A stretch of 64,000 bases of DNA from a virus. The position numbers were made by a program, and so were the translations under genes. Each line of letters starts with the position of its first letter. Within the stretch, counting starts at the first letter, position 1. The notes under the pieces are model-generated. The model was not told the DNA's origin. It saw nothing but the letters and a program-made list of their open reading frames with translations, and searched no databases. The DNA lies in the IMG/VR virus record IMGVR_UViG_3300043427_001127, positions 64,001 to 128,000 of that record. One strand, written 5' to 3'. This document shows, piece by piece, positions 20,982-31,524 of this stretch.

Positions 20982-21922
20982 TGAAAAACTTTTTGTGGGT
21001 GGAGGAGTATCGTCCTCGTAAGATTGAAGACTGTATCCTCCCTGATTCGTTAAAGAAAGTATTCACTGGATTTGTAGAGCAGGGGGAGATTGCTAATCTT
21101 CTTCTGTCTGGTCCTCCTGGCGTTGGTAAGACTACAGTTGCCAAAGCCTTGTGTGAAGAGATTGGTGCTTCATACATTGTTATCAACGGTTCGGATGAAG
21201 GTCGCTTCCTTGACACCATTCGTACCCGTGTCAAACAGTTCGCCAGTTCTGTCAGTTTAACTGGCGGTGGCAAACACAAAGTCGTCATCATTGACGAGGC
21301 GGATAACACCACTCATGACGTTCAGCTATCTCTTCGCGCCTTTGTTGAGGAGTTCCATAGTAACTGTCGTTTCATCTTTACCTGCAACTTCATTAACAAA
21401 ATCGTTGACCCCCTGCACTCCCGCTGCACGGTCGTTGATTTCCGCATCAAACCAGAGGAGCAGAAGAAGTTACAGGCGGCGTTCTTCGGGCGCTTACAGG
21501 GCATCCTAGACGCCTCTGGCGTGGCGTATGAGGACAAGGTGCTGGTCAAACTGATTCAGCGTTACTACCCCGACTGGCGACGCCTGCTGAACGAAGCACA
21601 GCGCCACTCTGCTAGCGGGTCACTGGACTCTGCTGTGCTCTGTGACATCGCTGATGTAAACCTAGACCAGCTCATGCGAGCAATGAAGTCTAAGGAATAC
21701 AAGGTTGTTCGTCAGTGGGTTGTGGATAATATGGATAGTGACCCTAACACTATCATTCGTAAAATCTACAATGCATTGAATGAAGTGCTGGAAGGTTCTT
21801 CTATTCCCCCAGCTGTTCTGGTGCTTGCTAAGTATCAATATCAGATTGCCTTTGTGGCAGACCAAGAGATTAATCTCTTAGCTTGTTTAACTGAGATTAT
21901 GGTGGAGTGTAAGTTTAAATGA
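20978..21922 (+). CDS. gp44: clamp loader large subunit
   Basis: LWVEEYRP, GPPGVGKTT, IIDEAD, LHSRC. Confidence 0.97.
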   Translation: MMKNFLWVEEYRPRKIEDCILPDSLKKVFTGFVEQGEIANLLLSGPPGVGKTTVAKALCEEIGASYIVINGSDEGRFLDTIRTRVKQFASSVSLTGGGKHKVVIIDEADNTTHDVQLSLRAFVEEFHSNCRFIFTCNFINKIVDPLHSRCTVVDFRIKPEEQKKLQAAFFGRLQGILDASGVAYEDKVLVKLIQRYYPDWRRLLNEAQRHSASGSLDSAVLCDIADVNLDQLMRAMKSKEYKVVRQWVVDNMDSDPNTIIRKIYNALNEVLEGSSIPPAVLVLAKYQYQIAFVADQEINLLACLTEIMVECKFK

Positions 21923-22809
21923 AATCATTGAAGACGCCGTTAAGATATCCTGGTGGTAAATCTCGTGCAGTAAAATATCTTATTCCTAAGATTCCAAAAG
22001 ATATTACCGAATACCGAGAACCTTTTCTGGGTGGTGGTAGTGTGGCAATCGCATTTACAAAAGAATATCCAGACATTCCTGTGTGGGTGAATGACCTGTA
22101 TGAACCGCTGGTAAACTTCTGGCAGATGTTACAAACGAGACCTGATGGATTGTTTGTTTTGTTGGAAGCATATAAAAAAGAATATTCTACACCAGATACT
22201 GCTAGAGAGTTATTCAACTATTGTAAAGTAGATGTAAATGACAAAGAGAAACCAGAACTTTGTAGAGCTGCTGCTTTCTATGTTGTCAACAAGTGTAGTT
22301 TCTCTGGTCTCACCGAGTCATCTTCTTTCTCAGCACAAGCAAGTGACCACAACTTCACCATGCGTGGTATTACAAACCTTCCCAAATACTCAGAACTGAT
22401 TGAGAACTGGAAGATTACTTGTGGTCCTTACTGGGATATGATGATGACATCTGCTCCTGTAGGAACGTTCTGGTTCTTTGATCCTCCTTATGATATCAAA
22501 GATAATCTCTACGGTAAGAAAGGGGAGCTGCATAAAGGATTTAACCATGAAGAGTTTCATGCTTGGATTACCCAGGGGAATGTAAAAGACCGTTGGATGA
22601 TTACTTACAATACCAACCCAACTCTTATGGAGTGGTATGATGGTTACTACCAAACCAAATGGGATTTGACTTATACTATGCGTTCAGTAGGTGACTACAT
22701 GAATGAGCAAAAAGACCGCGCTGAACTATTGATTACTAACTATGACGAAACCATCTCTGGCGGAATATTTGAACTCAATAAATCAAAACAAGAAGTCGGT
22801 AGTTATTGA
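21919..22809 (+). CDS. dam: DNA adenine methyltransferase (Dam/D12 class)
   Basis: PLRYPGGKS, EPFLGGGS, DPPY. Confidence 0.93.
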   Translation: MKSLKTPLRYPGGKSRAVKYLIPKIPKDITEYREPFLGGGSVAIAFTKEYPDIPVWVNDLYEPLVNFWQMLQTRPDGLFVLLEAYKKEYSTPDTARELFNYCKVDVNDKEKPELCRAAAFYVVNKCSFSGLTESSSFSAQASDHNFTMRGITNLPKYSELIENWKITCGPYWDMMMTSAPVGTFWFFDPPYDIKDNLYGKKGELHKGFNHEEFHAWITQGNVKDRWMITYNTNPTLMEWYDGYYQTKWDLTYTMRSVGDYMNEQKDRAELLITNYDETISGGIFELNKSKQEVGSY

Positions 22810-23128
22810 CGAAGAATCAGAAAAAGCGTATCCACCTTTCATTGTAAACAAGTGTCTTGCTGCTTTCCATGATACAGTTCTCTTTGCTAATGAGATGAAC
22901 ATGTATCCACATCTAGACAAGAAGTTGCAGTATGACTTTTTTATAAATAGTATCAATCCGCGCAAGCGGTTTTCGCCATGGGCGAAAAAAACTCAAGTAG
23001 AATACCTTGATGCGATTAAGGAGTATTATGGTTATAACGACGATAAGGCTCTACAGGCATTGAGAATTTTATCTAAAGATCAACTTGAACACATTAAAAA
23101 ACTTGTAGACAAAGGTGGAAAACGATGA
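22742..23128 (+). CDS. gp62: clamp loader small subunit
   Basis: YPPFIVNKCL, ANEMN, KEYYGYN. Confidence 0.93.
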   Translation: MTKPSLAEYLNSINQNKKSVVIDEESEKAYPPFIVNKCLAAFHDTVLFANEMNMYPHLDKKLQYDFFINSINPRKRFSPWAKKTQVEYLDAIKEYYGYNDDKALQALRILSKDQLEHIKKLVDKGGKR

Positions 23129-23553
23129 CTCCTGATATCGAAGTAGAATGGAAGCAAGCTGATATGGTTGAGGTGACTCTCAATGAACCTGATGATTTCC
23201 TCAAAGTTCGTGAGACCCTAACTCGTATCGGTGTCGCATCCCGTAAAGAAAAAAAGATTTACCAATCTTGCCATATTCTTCACAAGCAAGGCAAGTATTA
23301 CATCGTTCATTTCAAGGAGCTGTTTGCCCTTGATGGAAAGAATACAAATCTTTCAGTGAATGATGTGCAACGTAGAAACAGAATCATTCAACTGTTATCC
23401 GATTGGGGATTGATTTCTGTTGTTAAAGCAGAAGCGATTGCTGATGTTGCTCCGTTGAATCAAATCAAAGTTCTTGCTTTTAAAGAAAAAGACGAATGGA
23501 CGCTTGAAAGTAAATATAACATTGGTCGTAAGAAGACCGAAGTAACCGAATAA
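23125..23553 (+). CDS. regA: translational repressor RegA
   Basis: DDFLKVRETLTRIGVAS, QSCHILHKQGKYYIVHFKELF. Confidence 0.97.
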   Translation: MTPDIEVEWKQADMVEVTLNEPDDFLKVRETLTRIGVASRKEKKIYQSCHILHKQGKYYIVHFKELFALDGKNTNLSVNDVQRRNRIIQLLSDWGLISVVKAEAIADVAPLNQIKVLAFKEKDEWTLESKYNIGRKKTEVTE

Positions 23554-23559
23554 TTTTGT

Positions 23560-23584
23560 AGGGAGTTCCACACTCCCTTTTTTA
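23560..23584 (+). terminator. Rho-independent terminator after regA
   Basis: AGGGAGT-TCCAC-ACTCCCT + T run. Confidence 0.8.
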
Positions 23585-23609
23585 TTGCTATCTGATATAT
23601 AATATTGAA

Positions 23610-23665
23610 GAGATGCCTACGGGGTCTCGATAAAAACTCTCGCTTATTAAAGGAGAACAATCATG
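23610..23665 (+). promoter_or_regulatory. ROSE-like RNA thermometer candidate in hsp20 5' UTR
   Basis: TCTC(G)CTT pairs with AAGGAGA (SD) leaving a bulged G; upstream hairpin GAGATGCC-TACG-GGGTCTC. Confidence 0.6.
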
Positions 23666-24109
23666 TCACAATACACCTGGGATATTTACGCCCCATTTGG
23701 CGTTGGATTAGATAGCATTTTTAATAGACTGGATGCAATGTCTGGTCACAACACAAGCTATCCACCATACAATATCGTCAAAAACGATGAATCTAACTAC
23801 GAAATTGAAATCGCTCTGGCTGGATTTAAAGCAGATGAGATTGAAGTCTCTACAGAACAGAACATTCTCAGAGTTACCTCGAAAGTTGCAAAACGAGATA
23901 CTGAAAGAACATACCTGCACAAAGGTTTATCCAAACGTTCCTTTAATAACTCATGGCAACTCGCAGATGATGTCAGAGTATCCTCTGTAGATTTTGCTGA
24001 TGGTCTATTAACAATCTCATTGGAGAAGATCATCCCAGAACATCAGAAGAAGATCACCTACAACATCGGCAGACACTTAGATCCTCAGTTTTTGACTGAG
24101 GATAAATAG
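23663..24109 (+). CDS. hsp20: small heat-shock protein Hsp20
   Basis: YPPYNI, EIALAGF, YLHKGLSKRSF, DGLLTI. Confidence 0.96.
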   Translation: MSQYTWDIYAPFGVGLDSIFNRLDAMSGHNTSYPPYNIVKNDESNYEIEIALAGFKADEIEVSTEQNILRVTSKVAKRDTERTYLHKGLSKRSFNNSWQLADDVRVSSVDFADGLLTISLEKIIPEHQKKITYNIGRHLDPQFLTEDK

Positions 24110-24217
24110 GCGCGGGGCAACCCAAATATCGTCGGCGCAAGGGCGGGGCTGGCAACTATCAGCCCTTGCCCTATTTTCTTTTTTGTGCTATACTATTATT
24201 AAACAGGAGATTATTTT

Positions 24218-24577
24218 ATGATTCCGAAGATTATTCTTACTAAAAATGGAGAAAAACTCATTGCTGCAGTTGGTGAGTTTACTGATCCAGAAACAGACAA
24301 AGGATTGGGATTTGTTTTTAGGTGTCCATATGTCCTTTCTATGACTCCTAATGGAGATGGTCAGTTCTCTGTAAACTTCACTAAATGGATTCCATATGCT
24401 ACCGATAGTCAATATAAAGTTCCTTATGATGTAGTTGCTGCTATTGGAGATCCAGAACCAGATATTGCTAATATTTACATTGAAAAATTTGGAGATAGAT
24501 TAAATGACGACGCCGCAACAACCAGTGATTCAAGTGATAGTGTTGAAGAATCAGGAGTATCTGATATCGGGGATTGA
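24218..24577 (+). CDS. hypothetical protein
   Basis: AGGAG RBS; conserved position upstream of gp43. Confidence 0.7.
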   Translation: MIPKIILTKNGEKLIAAVGEFTDPETDKGLGFVFRCPYVLSMTPNGDGQFSVNFTKWIPYATDSQYKVPYDVVAAIGDPEPDIANIYIEKFGDRLNDDAATTSDSSDSVEESGVSDIGD

Positions 24578-24890
24578 AGAAAGAGAAGAAAGTCCCGAGT
24601 GTCTTCTGACAAATCCATATAGAATAACTGACCTAACTTATTGGGATCATTCTAACGTTGATTATAAAAACGTTCATAATCCCGAAGCTCTTTTTGTTGA
24701 AGAGTCTATCGAAAAAGAACTAGACAAAGATGGTAATGAGGTAACAGTTACTCAAACGGATTATATTCTTCTTCAAAAGTTTCCGAAGTACACTAATCAA
24801 ACTCAAATCTACATGCGAGCAGATGACATCCTGACCATTTGCGATCCGTCGTATTCTGTGCTAGAATACTACCAGAAGACCGTGGGTTGA
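24504..24890 (+). CDS. hypothetical protein
   Basis: 128-aa ORF directly before gp43. Confidence 0.7.
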   Translation: MTTPQQPVIQVIVLKNQEYLISGIEEREESPECLLTNPYRITDLTYWDHSNVDYKNVHNPEALFVEESIEKELDKDGNEVTVTQTDYILLQKFPKYTNQTQIYMRADDILTICDPSYSVLEYYQKTVG

Positions 24891-24894
24891 CCGC

Positions 24895-27387
24895 ATGAAG
24901 TTTTATACGAACATTGAACAGGCGGGGAATCGCATCCTCGTTCGTGGTTATGAGAAAGGTGAGCGAGTTCAGTATCGTGTAAACTACAATCCTAAACTGT
25001 ATGTGCTTAGTAATAAGCAGACAGACCACAAGAGTCTGGATGGGCGTTTCCTTAAGGAAATCTCTCCAGGCTCTATTAATGATTGTAGGCAGTTTATTAA
25101 TCAGTATGAGGGTGTGGAAGGATTTGAAATCCATGGAAATACTAGATACTTGTATCAGTATATCAACGAAGCATATTCCGATGATGAGATTCGTTTCGAT
25201 TCTTCCCTCATTCGCACATTTACTCTGGATATTGAAACTGGAGCAGAAAACGGTTTCCCTGATATTGAATCAGCAGACCAAGAGATTCTTCTTATTTCTC
25301 TCCGTGATTCTTTTACAAACAGGATCACTGTCTGGGGATCAAAGAGTTTCCAGAATGAAGACCGACAGGTTGATTACATCCATTGTAACGATGAGACGAA
25401 ACTCCTTTCGTGCTTCCTCAAATGGTGGCAGGAGAATACCCCCGACGTAATCACTGGTTGGAACGTTCAGCTATTCGATATGCCATACATCTGCCGACGT
25501 ATGGATAGGATTCTTGGTGAGGATCATACTAAACTTCTATCGCCATGGAAACTAATCTCATCGCGTGAGATTTTTATCAAGGGTCGCAAACAGATTGCAT
25601 ATGATATTCCTGGCATTGCCACGTTGGATTACCTTGAACTCTACAAGAAGTTCACATACACCAACCAAGAATCATATCGCCTTGATCATATCGCATCTGT
25701 AGAACTTGATGCCAAGAAACTTGACCACTCTGAGTTTGATACTTTCAAAGAGTTCTACACTAAGGACTGGGACAAGTTTGTTAAGTACAACATCCATGAC
25801 GTTCGCCTTGTTGATCAACTTGATGACAAGATGAAGTTATTGGAACTCGCTTTTACTATGGCATATGATGCCAAAGTAAACTACGAAGATGTTTATTCTC
25901 AGGTGCGTATGTGGGACAACATCATTTTCATCTATCTGGCGAAGATGGGTATTGTCATTCCCCCCAAGAAAGATAGCACAAAGGATGCCAAGTATGCTGG
26001 TGCATATGTGAAAGAACCTGTGCCTGGCATGTACGATTGGATCGTAAACTTTGACTTGAACTCCCTGTACCCACACCTGATCATGCAGTACAACCTGTCC
26101 CCTGAGACCCTCCTACCGCGCCGTAGCAGCGTCAACGTGGACATGCTGCTGGACAAGGCATTCGATACCAGCGACCTCGTAGGGGAGACTCTGTGCGCCA
26201 ATGGGACACACTACACCACCAAGCAGCAGGGGTTTCTCCCCAAGCTCATGGAGAAGATCTATGAGGATCGCACCATCTATAAGAAGAAGATGATTGCTGC
26301 CAAGCAGCAGTATGAGAAGACTCCAACGATTGAGTTGAAGAAAGAGATTGCCCGCTGTAATAACATTCAGATGGCACGAAAGATTCAACTCAACTCTGCT
26401 TATGGTGCTATCGGTAACGAGCACTTCCGCTATTACAAACTTGAAATCGCTGAGGCAATCACTCTTTCTGGTCAGCTATCTATTCGCTGGATTGAGAAGA
26501 AGATGAATGCCTATCTCAATAAAGTTCTAAAGACAAAGGATGTTGATTATGTTATTGCTTCAGATACTGATTCCATGTATCTTAATCTCGGTCCTCTGGT
26601 TGAGACTGTATACAAGGGAAGAGAGAAAACTGCTGAGAGCATTGTTACGTTCCTTGATAAGGTCGCTTCTATGGAACTTGAGAAGTTTATTGAAAGTTCT
26701 TACCAAGAACTGGCCGACTATCTCAAGGCATACGACCAGAAAATGAAGATGAAGCGTGAGAACATTGCTGAGCGTGGTTTTTGGACTGCCAAGAAACGCT
26801 ATGTTCTTAACGTCTGGGATAGCGAAGGTGTGCGTTATGCCAAACCTAAGATGAAAATCTGTGGTATGGAAACTGCACGTTCTTCCACCCCAGCTTACTA
26901 CCGTGACAAACTGGAACAGGCATATCGTATCATTGTTACTAAAACAAATGAGGATGTGCTGGACTTCATTAATGAAATCAAGGAAGACACCAAGAAGCAG
27001 AACTATCTCAACATTGCTTTCCCTCGTGGTTGTAATGGTCTGAAGAAGTATCGCAGTGCTGCTGACATCTATGCTAAGGGCACTCCTATTCAAGTACGCG
27101 GTGCGTTGCTCTACAACTATTACATTCGTAAAAACAACCTAGAGCATAAGTATCCAATCATCCAAGAAGGTGAGAAGATTAAGTTCATCTATCTGAAGAC
27201 ACCAAACCCTATCCGCGAGAATGTCATTTCGTTCTTTCAACAACTGCCGAAGGAACTGAACCTTGACAAATACATTGATTACACGCTACAATTTGAGAAG
27301 AGTTTCTTTGAACCGCTGAAGAACGTGCTAGAATGCATCGGTTGGCAAGCGGAACGTAAAGGCAGTTTAAGTAGTTTTTTCTTTTGA
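24895..27387 (+). CDS. gp43: family B DNA polymerase
   Basis: DIET exonuclease motif, DLNSLYPH, KIQLNSAYG, DTDS; uninterrupted. Confidence 0.99.
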   Translation: MKFYTNIEQAGNRILVRGYEKGERVQYRVNYNPKLYVLSNKQTDHKSLDGRFLKEISPGSINDCRQFINQYEGVEGFEIHGNTRYLYQYINEAYSDDEIRFDSSLIRTFTLDIETGAENGFPDIESADQEILLISLRDSFTNRITVWGSKSFQNEDRQVDYIHCNDETKLLSCFLKWWQENTPDVITGWNVQLFDMPYICRRMDRILGEDHTKLLSPWKLISSREIFIKGRKQIAYDIPGIATLDYLELYKKFTYTNQESYRLDHIASVELDAKKLDHSEFDTFKEFYTKDWDKFVKYNIHDVRLVDQLDDKMKLLELAFTMAYDAKVNYEDVYSQVRMWDNIIFIYLAKMGIVIPPKKDSTKDAKYAGAYVKEPVPGMYDWIVNFDLNSLYPHLIMQYNLSPETLLPRRSSVNVDMLLDKAFDTSDLVGETLCANGTHYTTKQQGFLPKLMEKIYEDRTIYKKKMIAAKQQYEKTPTIELKKEIARCNNIQMARKIQLNSAYGAIGNEHFRYYKLEIAEAITLSGQLSIRWIEKKMNAYLNKVLKTKDVDYVIASDTDSMYLNLGPLVETVYKGREKTAESIVTFLDKVASMELEKFIESSYQELADYLKAYDQKMKMKRENIAERGFWTAKKRYVLNVWDSEGVRYAKPKMKICGMETARSSTPAYYRDKLEQAYRIIVTKTNEDVLDFINEIKEDTKKQNYLNIAFPRGCNGLKKYRSAADIYAKGTPIQVRGALLYNYYIRKNNLEHKYPIIQEGEKIKFIYLKTPNPIRENVISFFQQLPKELNLDKYIDYTLQFEKSFFEPLKNVLECIGWQAERKGSLSSFFF

Positions 27388-27393
27388 GGTATT

Positions 27394-28416
27394 ATGAGTT
27401 TCTTACAATCTGTTATTAAGGAGTTAGATAATGAGTTCGCAAGCGTGGTTGAAGATGGAGTCGCTGCTGGTGACTGTGAATCGTTCGTTGATACTGGTAG
27501 CTTCATTCTCAATGCTCTTATTTCTGGGAGCATTTATGGTGGACTGCCTGCAAACAAAATCACAGCCCTCGCGGGGGAATCCTCAACTGGTAAAACTTTT
27601 TTTGCGCTCTCAATCGTAAAACACTTTCTGAATAATAACCCTGATGCTCAGGTGATTTACTTTGAAACTGAATCAGCTGTCTCTAAAGACATGATGGTTT
27701 CTCGTGGCATTGATGTTAAGCGTGTGGGTCTTGTGCCTGTGTCCACCGTACAAGAGTTTCGTACCCAGTCTATCAAGGTGGTAGACGAGTACATGAAACT
27801 GAAGAAAGAGGATAGACCTCCGCTGCTTTTTGTGCTAGACTCCTTAGGGATGCTTTCTACCACGAAGGAGATTGACGATGCCACTGCTGGCAAGGAGACA
27901 CGCGACATGACTCGCGCTCAGGTGATTAAATCTATCTTTAGGATTCTATCACTCAAGCTAGGTCAAGCGGGTATTCCTCTTATCGTTACCAACCATACAT
28001 ATGAAGTGGTGGGTGCTTATGTGCCAACTAAAGAAATGGGCGGTGGTACTGGTCTCAAATATTCTGCCTCAACTATTCTCTTCCTGTCTAAGAAGAAAGA
28101 GAAGGATGGCACTGAAGTTGTAGGTAACATTATCAAAGTGAAGGCACAGAAGTCGCGCTTCACCAAAGAAAACTCAGACATCGAGACGAGGTTATTCTAT
28201 GACGCACGGGGACTGGACAAGTATTATGGACTACTGGAGTTGGGTGAGAAGTACGGAGTATTCCAACGTAAGGGGAATCGCGTGGTTGTTGGGGAATCTT
28301 CCGTTTATCCTTCTGTTATCCTTGCCGATCCTCAGAAGTATTTCACGCCCGAAGTGATGCAAGCCCTAGATGAGTGTGCCCGTAAAGAGTTTCTATATGG
28401 AGTAGCGGATGAGTGA
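27394..28416 (+). CDS. uvsX: RecA-like recombinase UvsX
   Basis: [25 protein letters not shown]. Confidence 0.97.
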   Translation: MSFLQSVIKELDNEFASVVEDGVAAGDCESFVDTGSFILNALISGSIYGGLPANKITALAGESSTGKTFFALSIVKHFLNNNPDAQVIYFETESAVSKDMMVSRGIDVKRVGLVPVSTVQEFRTQSIKVVDEYMKLKKEDRPPLLFVLDSLGMLSTTKEIDDATAGKETRDMTRAQVIKSIFRILSLKLGQAGIPLIVTNHTYEVVGAYVPTKEMGGGTGLKYSASTILFLSKKKEKDGTEVVGNIIKVKAQKSRFTKENSDIETRLFYDARGLDKYYGLLELGEKYGVFQRKGNRVVVGESSVYPSVILADPQKYFTPEVMQALDECARKEFLYGVADE

Positions 28417-29794
28417 GAGAATCGAAACAACTATACTACGCAACCTTCTGTGCAACGAACAGTTCTACAGGAAGGTTGTTCCTTTTGTAAAACCAGATTA
28501 CTTTAATGAGATTCACGAACGTGTAATCTATGAAGAGGTCTGGAACTTCGCAAGCACCTATGAGCTGGTGCCTACGAAGGAAGTATTAACTATCAACCTT
28601 GAAGCAAGAAAAGATTTAAATGAGGAAGTATATCAAAACGCGGTTAAAACGATTGCTGAACTTAGTGACTCACCAATCGAATACAACTGGTTGCTCGACA
28701 CCACAGAGAAGTGGTGTAAGGACAGAGCAATCTATCTTGCTCTCCTCGACTCAATCAAGATCGCGGATGGAGGTAATACAAAAATATCAAAAGATGCGAT
28801 CCCAGCAATCCTTCAAGAGGCCCTGGCAGTATCGTTCGACGAACATGTAGGTCACGATTATCTAGAGAATAGTGTTGAGCGATATGAGTTCTACCATCGT
28901 GAGGAAGATAAGATTCCTTTCCACCTTGAATACTTCAATAAGATTACCAAAGGTGGTCTGCCAAACAAGACTCTTAACGTAGCTCTTGCTGGTACTGGTG
29001 TAGGTAAGTCACTCTTCATGTGTGACCTTGCCGCTCATTGTTTGTCGATGGGTCGCAACGTTCTCTATATCACTATGGAAATGGCAGAAGAAAAGATTGC
29101 CGAACGTATTGATGCTAACCTGTTTAACGTCAATATCAAAGACCTGATTGATTTGCCTGAGACAATCTTTCAAAGTCGCATCAATGAACTGAAGCGTAAA
29201 ACTGCTGGTCGTCTTATCATCAAGGAATATCCAACAGCATCGGCACACGTTGGGCATTTCAAATCTCTTTTGAATGAACTGCAACTGAAGAAAACATTTA
29301 AACCTGATATTATCTTTATCGACTACCTTAACATCTGTGCTTCCGCTCGATATAAGGGAGCTATTGTAAACTCTTACACATATGTCAAGGCAATCGCAGA
29401 GGAACTCAGAGGATTGGCAGTGGAACACAACGTACCACTTGTCTCTGCTACACAAACTACAAGGTCTGGGTTTGGTAATAGTGATGTCGATCTCACTGAT
29501 ACCAGTGAGTCCTTTGGTCTCCCTGCTACTGCTGACTTCATGTTTGCTCTCATCGCTACAGAGGATTTGGAGAAAGATGGGAAGATAATGGTGAAGCAGT
29601 TGAAGAACAGATACAATGACCCTACCATGTATAAGCGTTTCCTTGTTGGGGTTGACAGAGCACGTATGAAGCTCTATAATGTTGATAACGCCGTTGACTT
29701 ATCCTCTGATAAAGAAGAGGAGTATGACTTTGAAGAAATGGCGGCGGAACAAAGTCGAAACACACAAAACAAGTTTACCAGTTTTATTTTATGA
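28409..29794 (+). CDS. gp41: replicative DnaB-like helicase
   Basis: [38 protein letters not shown]. Confidence 0.98.
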   Translation: MSERIETTILRNLLCNEQFYRKVVPFVKPDYFNEIHERVIYEEVWNFASTYELVPTKEVLTINLEARKDLNEEVYQNAVKTIAELSDSPIEYNWLLDTTEKWCKDRAIYLALLDSIKIADGGNTKISKDAIPAILQEALAVSFDEHVGHDYLENSVERYEFYHREEDKIPFHLEYFNKITKGGLPNKTLNVALAGTGVGKSLFMCDLAAHCLSMGRNVLYITMEMAEEKIAERIDANLFNVNIKDLIDLPETIFQSRINELKRKTAGRLIIKEYPTASAHVGHFKSLLNELQLKKTFKPDIIFIDYLNICASARYKGAIVNSYTYVKAIAEELRGLAVEHNVPLVSATQTTRSGFGNSDVDLTDTSESFGLPATADFMFALIATEDLEKDGKIMVKQLKNRYNDPTMYKRFLVGVDRARMKLYNVDNAVDLSSDKEEEYDFEEMAAEQSRNTQNKFTSFIL

Positions 29795-30195
29795 CGATTG
29801 ATTTTAATAAGTATATTGAGTTTGTTGGTGCCGTCACCAGCCCTGCATCCCGAGATACCAGTGAGTTTGTTGCTCGCGTCAATGAACTAAAATCTCAAGG
29901 TGTAGACATTCAACGTCTGATGACTGCTGCTTGTGGTATTACTGCTGAAGGTGGTGAGTTCACTGAGATTGTGAAGAAGATTGCCTTCCAAGGCAAACCT
30001 TATAATGAAGATAATATCTTTCATATGAAACGCGAACTGGGTGATATTCTTTGGTATATTGCTCAAGCATGTATCGCTCTCGATATTTCTTTTGAGGAGA
30101 TTGCTCAAATGAACTTTGAGAAACTAACTGCTCGATACCCTGAAGGAACCTTTAGTATTGAGCGAAGTGAAAACCGAGTTGCCAACGACCTTTGA
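29791..30195 (+). CDS. mazG: MazG-like NTP pyrophosphohydrolase
   Basis: EGGEFTEIVKK, ELGDILWY, KLTARYP. Confidence 0.93.
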   Translation: MTIDFNKYIEFVGAVTSPASRDTSEFVARVNELKSQGVDIQRLMTAACGITAEGGEFTEIVKKIAFQGKPYNEDNIFHMKRELGDILWYIAQACIALDISFEEIAQMNFEKLTARYPEGTFSIERSENRVANDL

Positions 30196-30201
30196 TATAT
30201 G

Positions 30202-30232
30202 CCTCTCCTAAATAACTAGGGGAGGTTTTTTC
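30202..30232 (+). promoter_or_regulatory. SD-sequestering hairpin/terminator containing a late promoter
   Basis: CCTCTCCTA-AATAAC-TAGGGGAGG-T7; TAAATA at 30209-30214; GGAGG 9 nt before ATG 30235. Confidence 0.7.
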
Positions 30233-30234
30233 TT

Positions 30235-31524
30235 ATGGCAAATCTAACTTGGGGTCAGTTCGCTAAAAGAAATCGTTTTGAAAATAATATAACGGTTCTT
30301 TACAATCGAGCTAAAAATAACGAACCAATGCACTTTGTCGATAAGCACGGCAACATCAATGGAGATGGTATGAAGTTGTATGCAAAATATTTGCATATGG
30401 CGATACCTAATATTAAGAATGGTAGATTAGTTGCAAACAAAAAATCTATAGATAGATCTTTTAATCTTGGTAAAGGTAATAACTCTTTCCGCAGTGCTAC
30501 TGCATTATTACAAGCAATATATAGAGAAGGTGTTCCTAGACGAGTAGTTATGTCTGGGGCATTTAATCAGTTTCCAGTAGAGATATCTTTAAGTGAAACT
30601 AAAACAGGAACTCGTTATGCTCTTAGTCATTTTCTTAAAGACTTTGATTTTGGTGGGCAACTAGCTCCAGGTCAATCTATACAAGTTAACTGGGGGTTAC
30701 TTGGATATTGGGTAAATGAACATGGCATGAGATATAAACTGAATGTTCCTTCCATTAAAGAAAGGGGAGAGTTAGATTTACTTACTACTCTCAACAAAGC
30801 AATCATGTCTATTGTTGAACACAGAGGCATGTCTTTTGCTGATGGTATTACTATAAGTGTTGGCGAAAATAATCCAAAAACATATACTAATATTGTTGGA
30901 TTTAATAAGCAAGAGGGACAAGTTAAAGCTGATATTGTCATGGTTCAGAAAGACGGAAATACACTAAAGGACGTTGCTTGGTTTTCTCATAAGGAAGGTT
31001 CCAGGGCAAATCATTTTCAGCAATGGGGTGGAGTTTCTCACTTTTTGAATGATAAGGATGAAACTTTAGATGTGTTTCCCGAGATTAGAAAGTTTGGTGA
31101 TTATATGAAACAGATTTGTGGGCGAGGAGGTCTGTATGATTTTACTACTCCAGCGGGAAAAGGATTTACTGCGATGATGGATATCGAAGACAATGCATTA
31201 AAAATGCAATCTGTTTATGGTAAAGATTTTAGTCCTGGCGCAAACTTCGGCAAGTCAAACTGCACTGGTGTCCTCCAGGGTGATGCATCTATTGTGAGGA
31301 ATGGAAATGATAAGTATAAGTTGCAGATGAGTGCTCATGCCCACATAAATCCTTATGTGATGACTGGTGGATATGATCCAGTTCTTATGATAATATACAA
31401 GGGTGATCGAAATGATCTTGGGATCCCAGGTGCTAGGGTGGTTGTGCAACCGAGGGAAAGTCGCACCGCCAAATTTATTGTAACCAAAGACCGTAACGGA
31501 AACTACCAAATGAATCCAGCATGA
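30235..31524 (+). CDS. putative PD-(D/E)xK-type nuclease
   Basis: E...KADIV...FSHK...FQQWGG pattern resembling a restriction-endonuclease-fold core; function inferred. Confidence 0.5.
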   Translation: MANLTWGQFAKRNRFENNITVLYNRAKNNEPMHFVDKHGNINGDGMKLYAKYLHMAIPNIKNGRLVANKKSIDRSFNLGKGNNSFRSATALLQAIYREGVPRRVVMSGAFNQFPVEISLSETKTGTRYALSHFLKDFDFGGQLAPGQSIQVNWGLLGYWVNEHGMRYKLNVPSIKERGELDLLTTLNKAIMSIVEHRGMSFADGITISVGENNPKTYTNIVGFNKQEGQVKADIVMVQKDGNTLKDVAWFSHKEGSRANHFQQWGGVSHFLNDKDETLDVFPEIRKFGDYMKQICGRGGLYDFTTPAGKGFTAMMDIEDNALKMQSVYGKDFSPGANFGKSNCTGVLQGDASIVRNGNDKYKLQMSAHAHINPYVMTGGYDPVLMIIYKGDRNDLGIPGARVVVQPRESRTAKFIVTKDRNGNYQMNPA

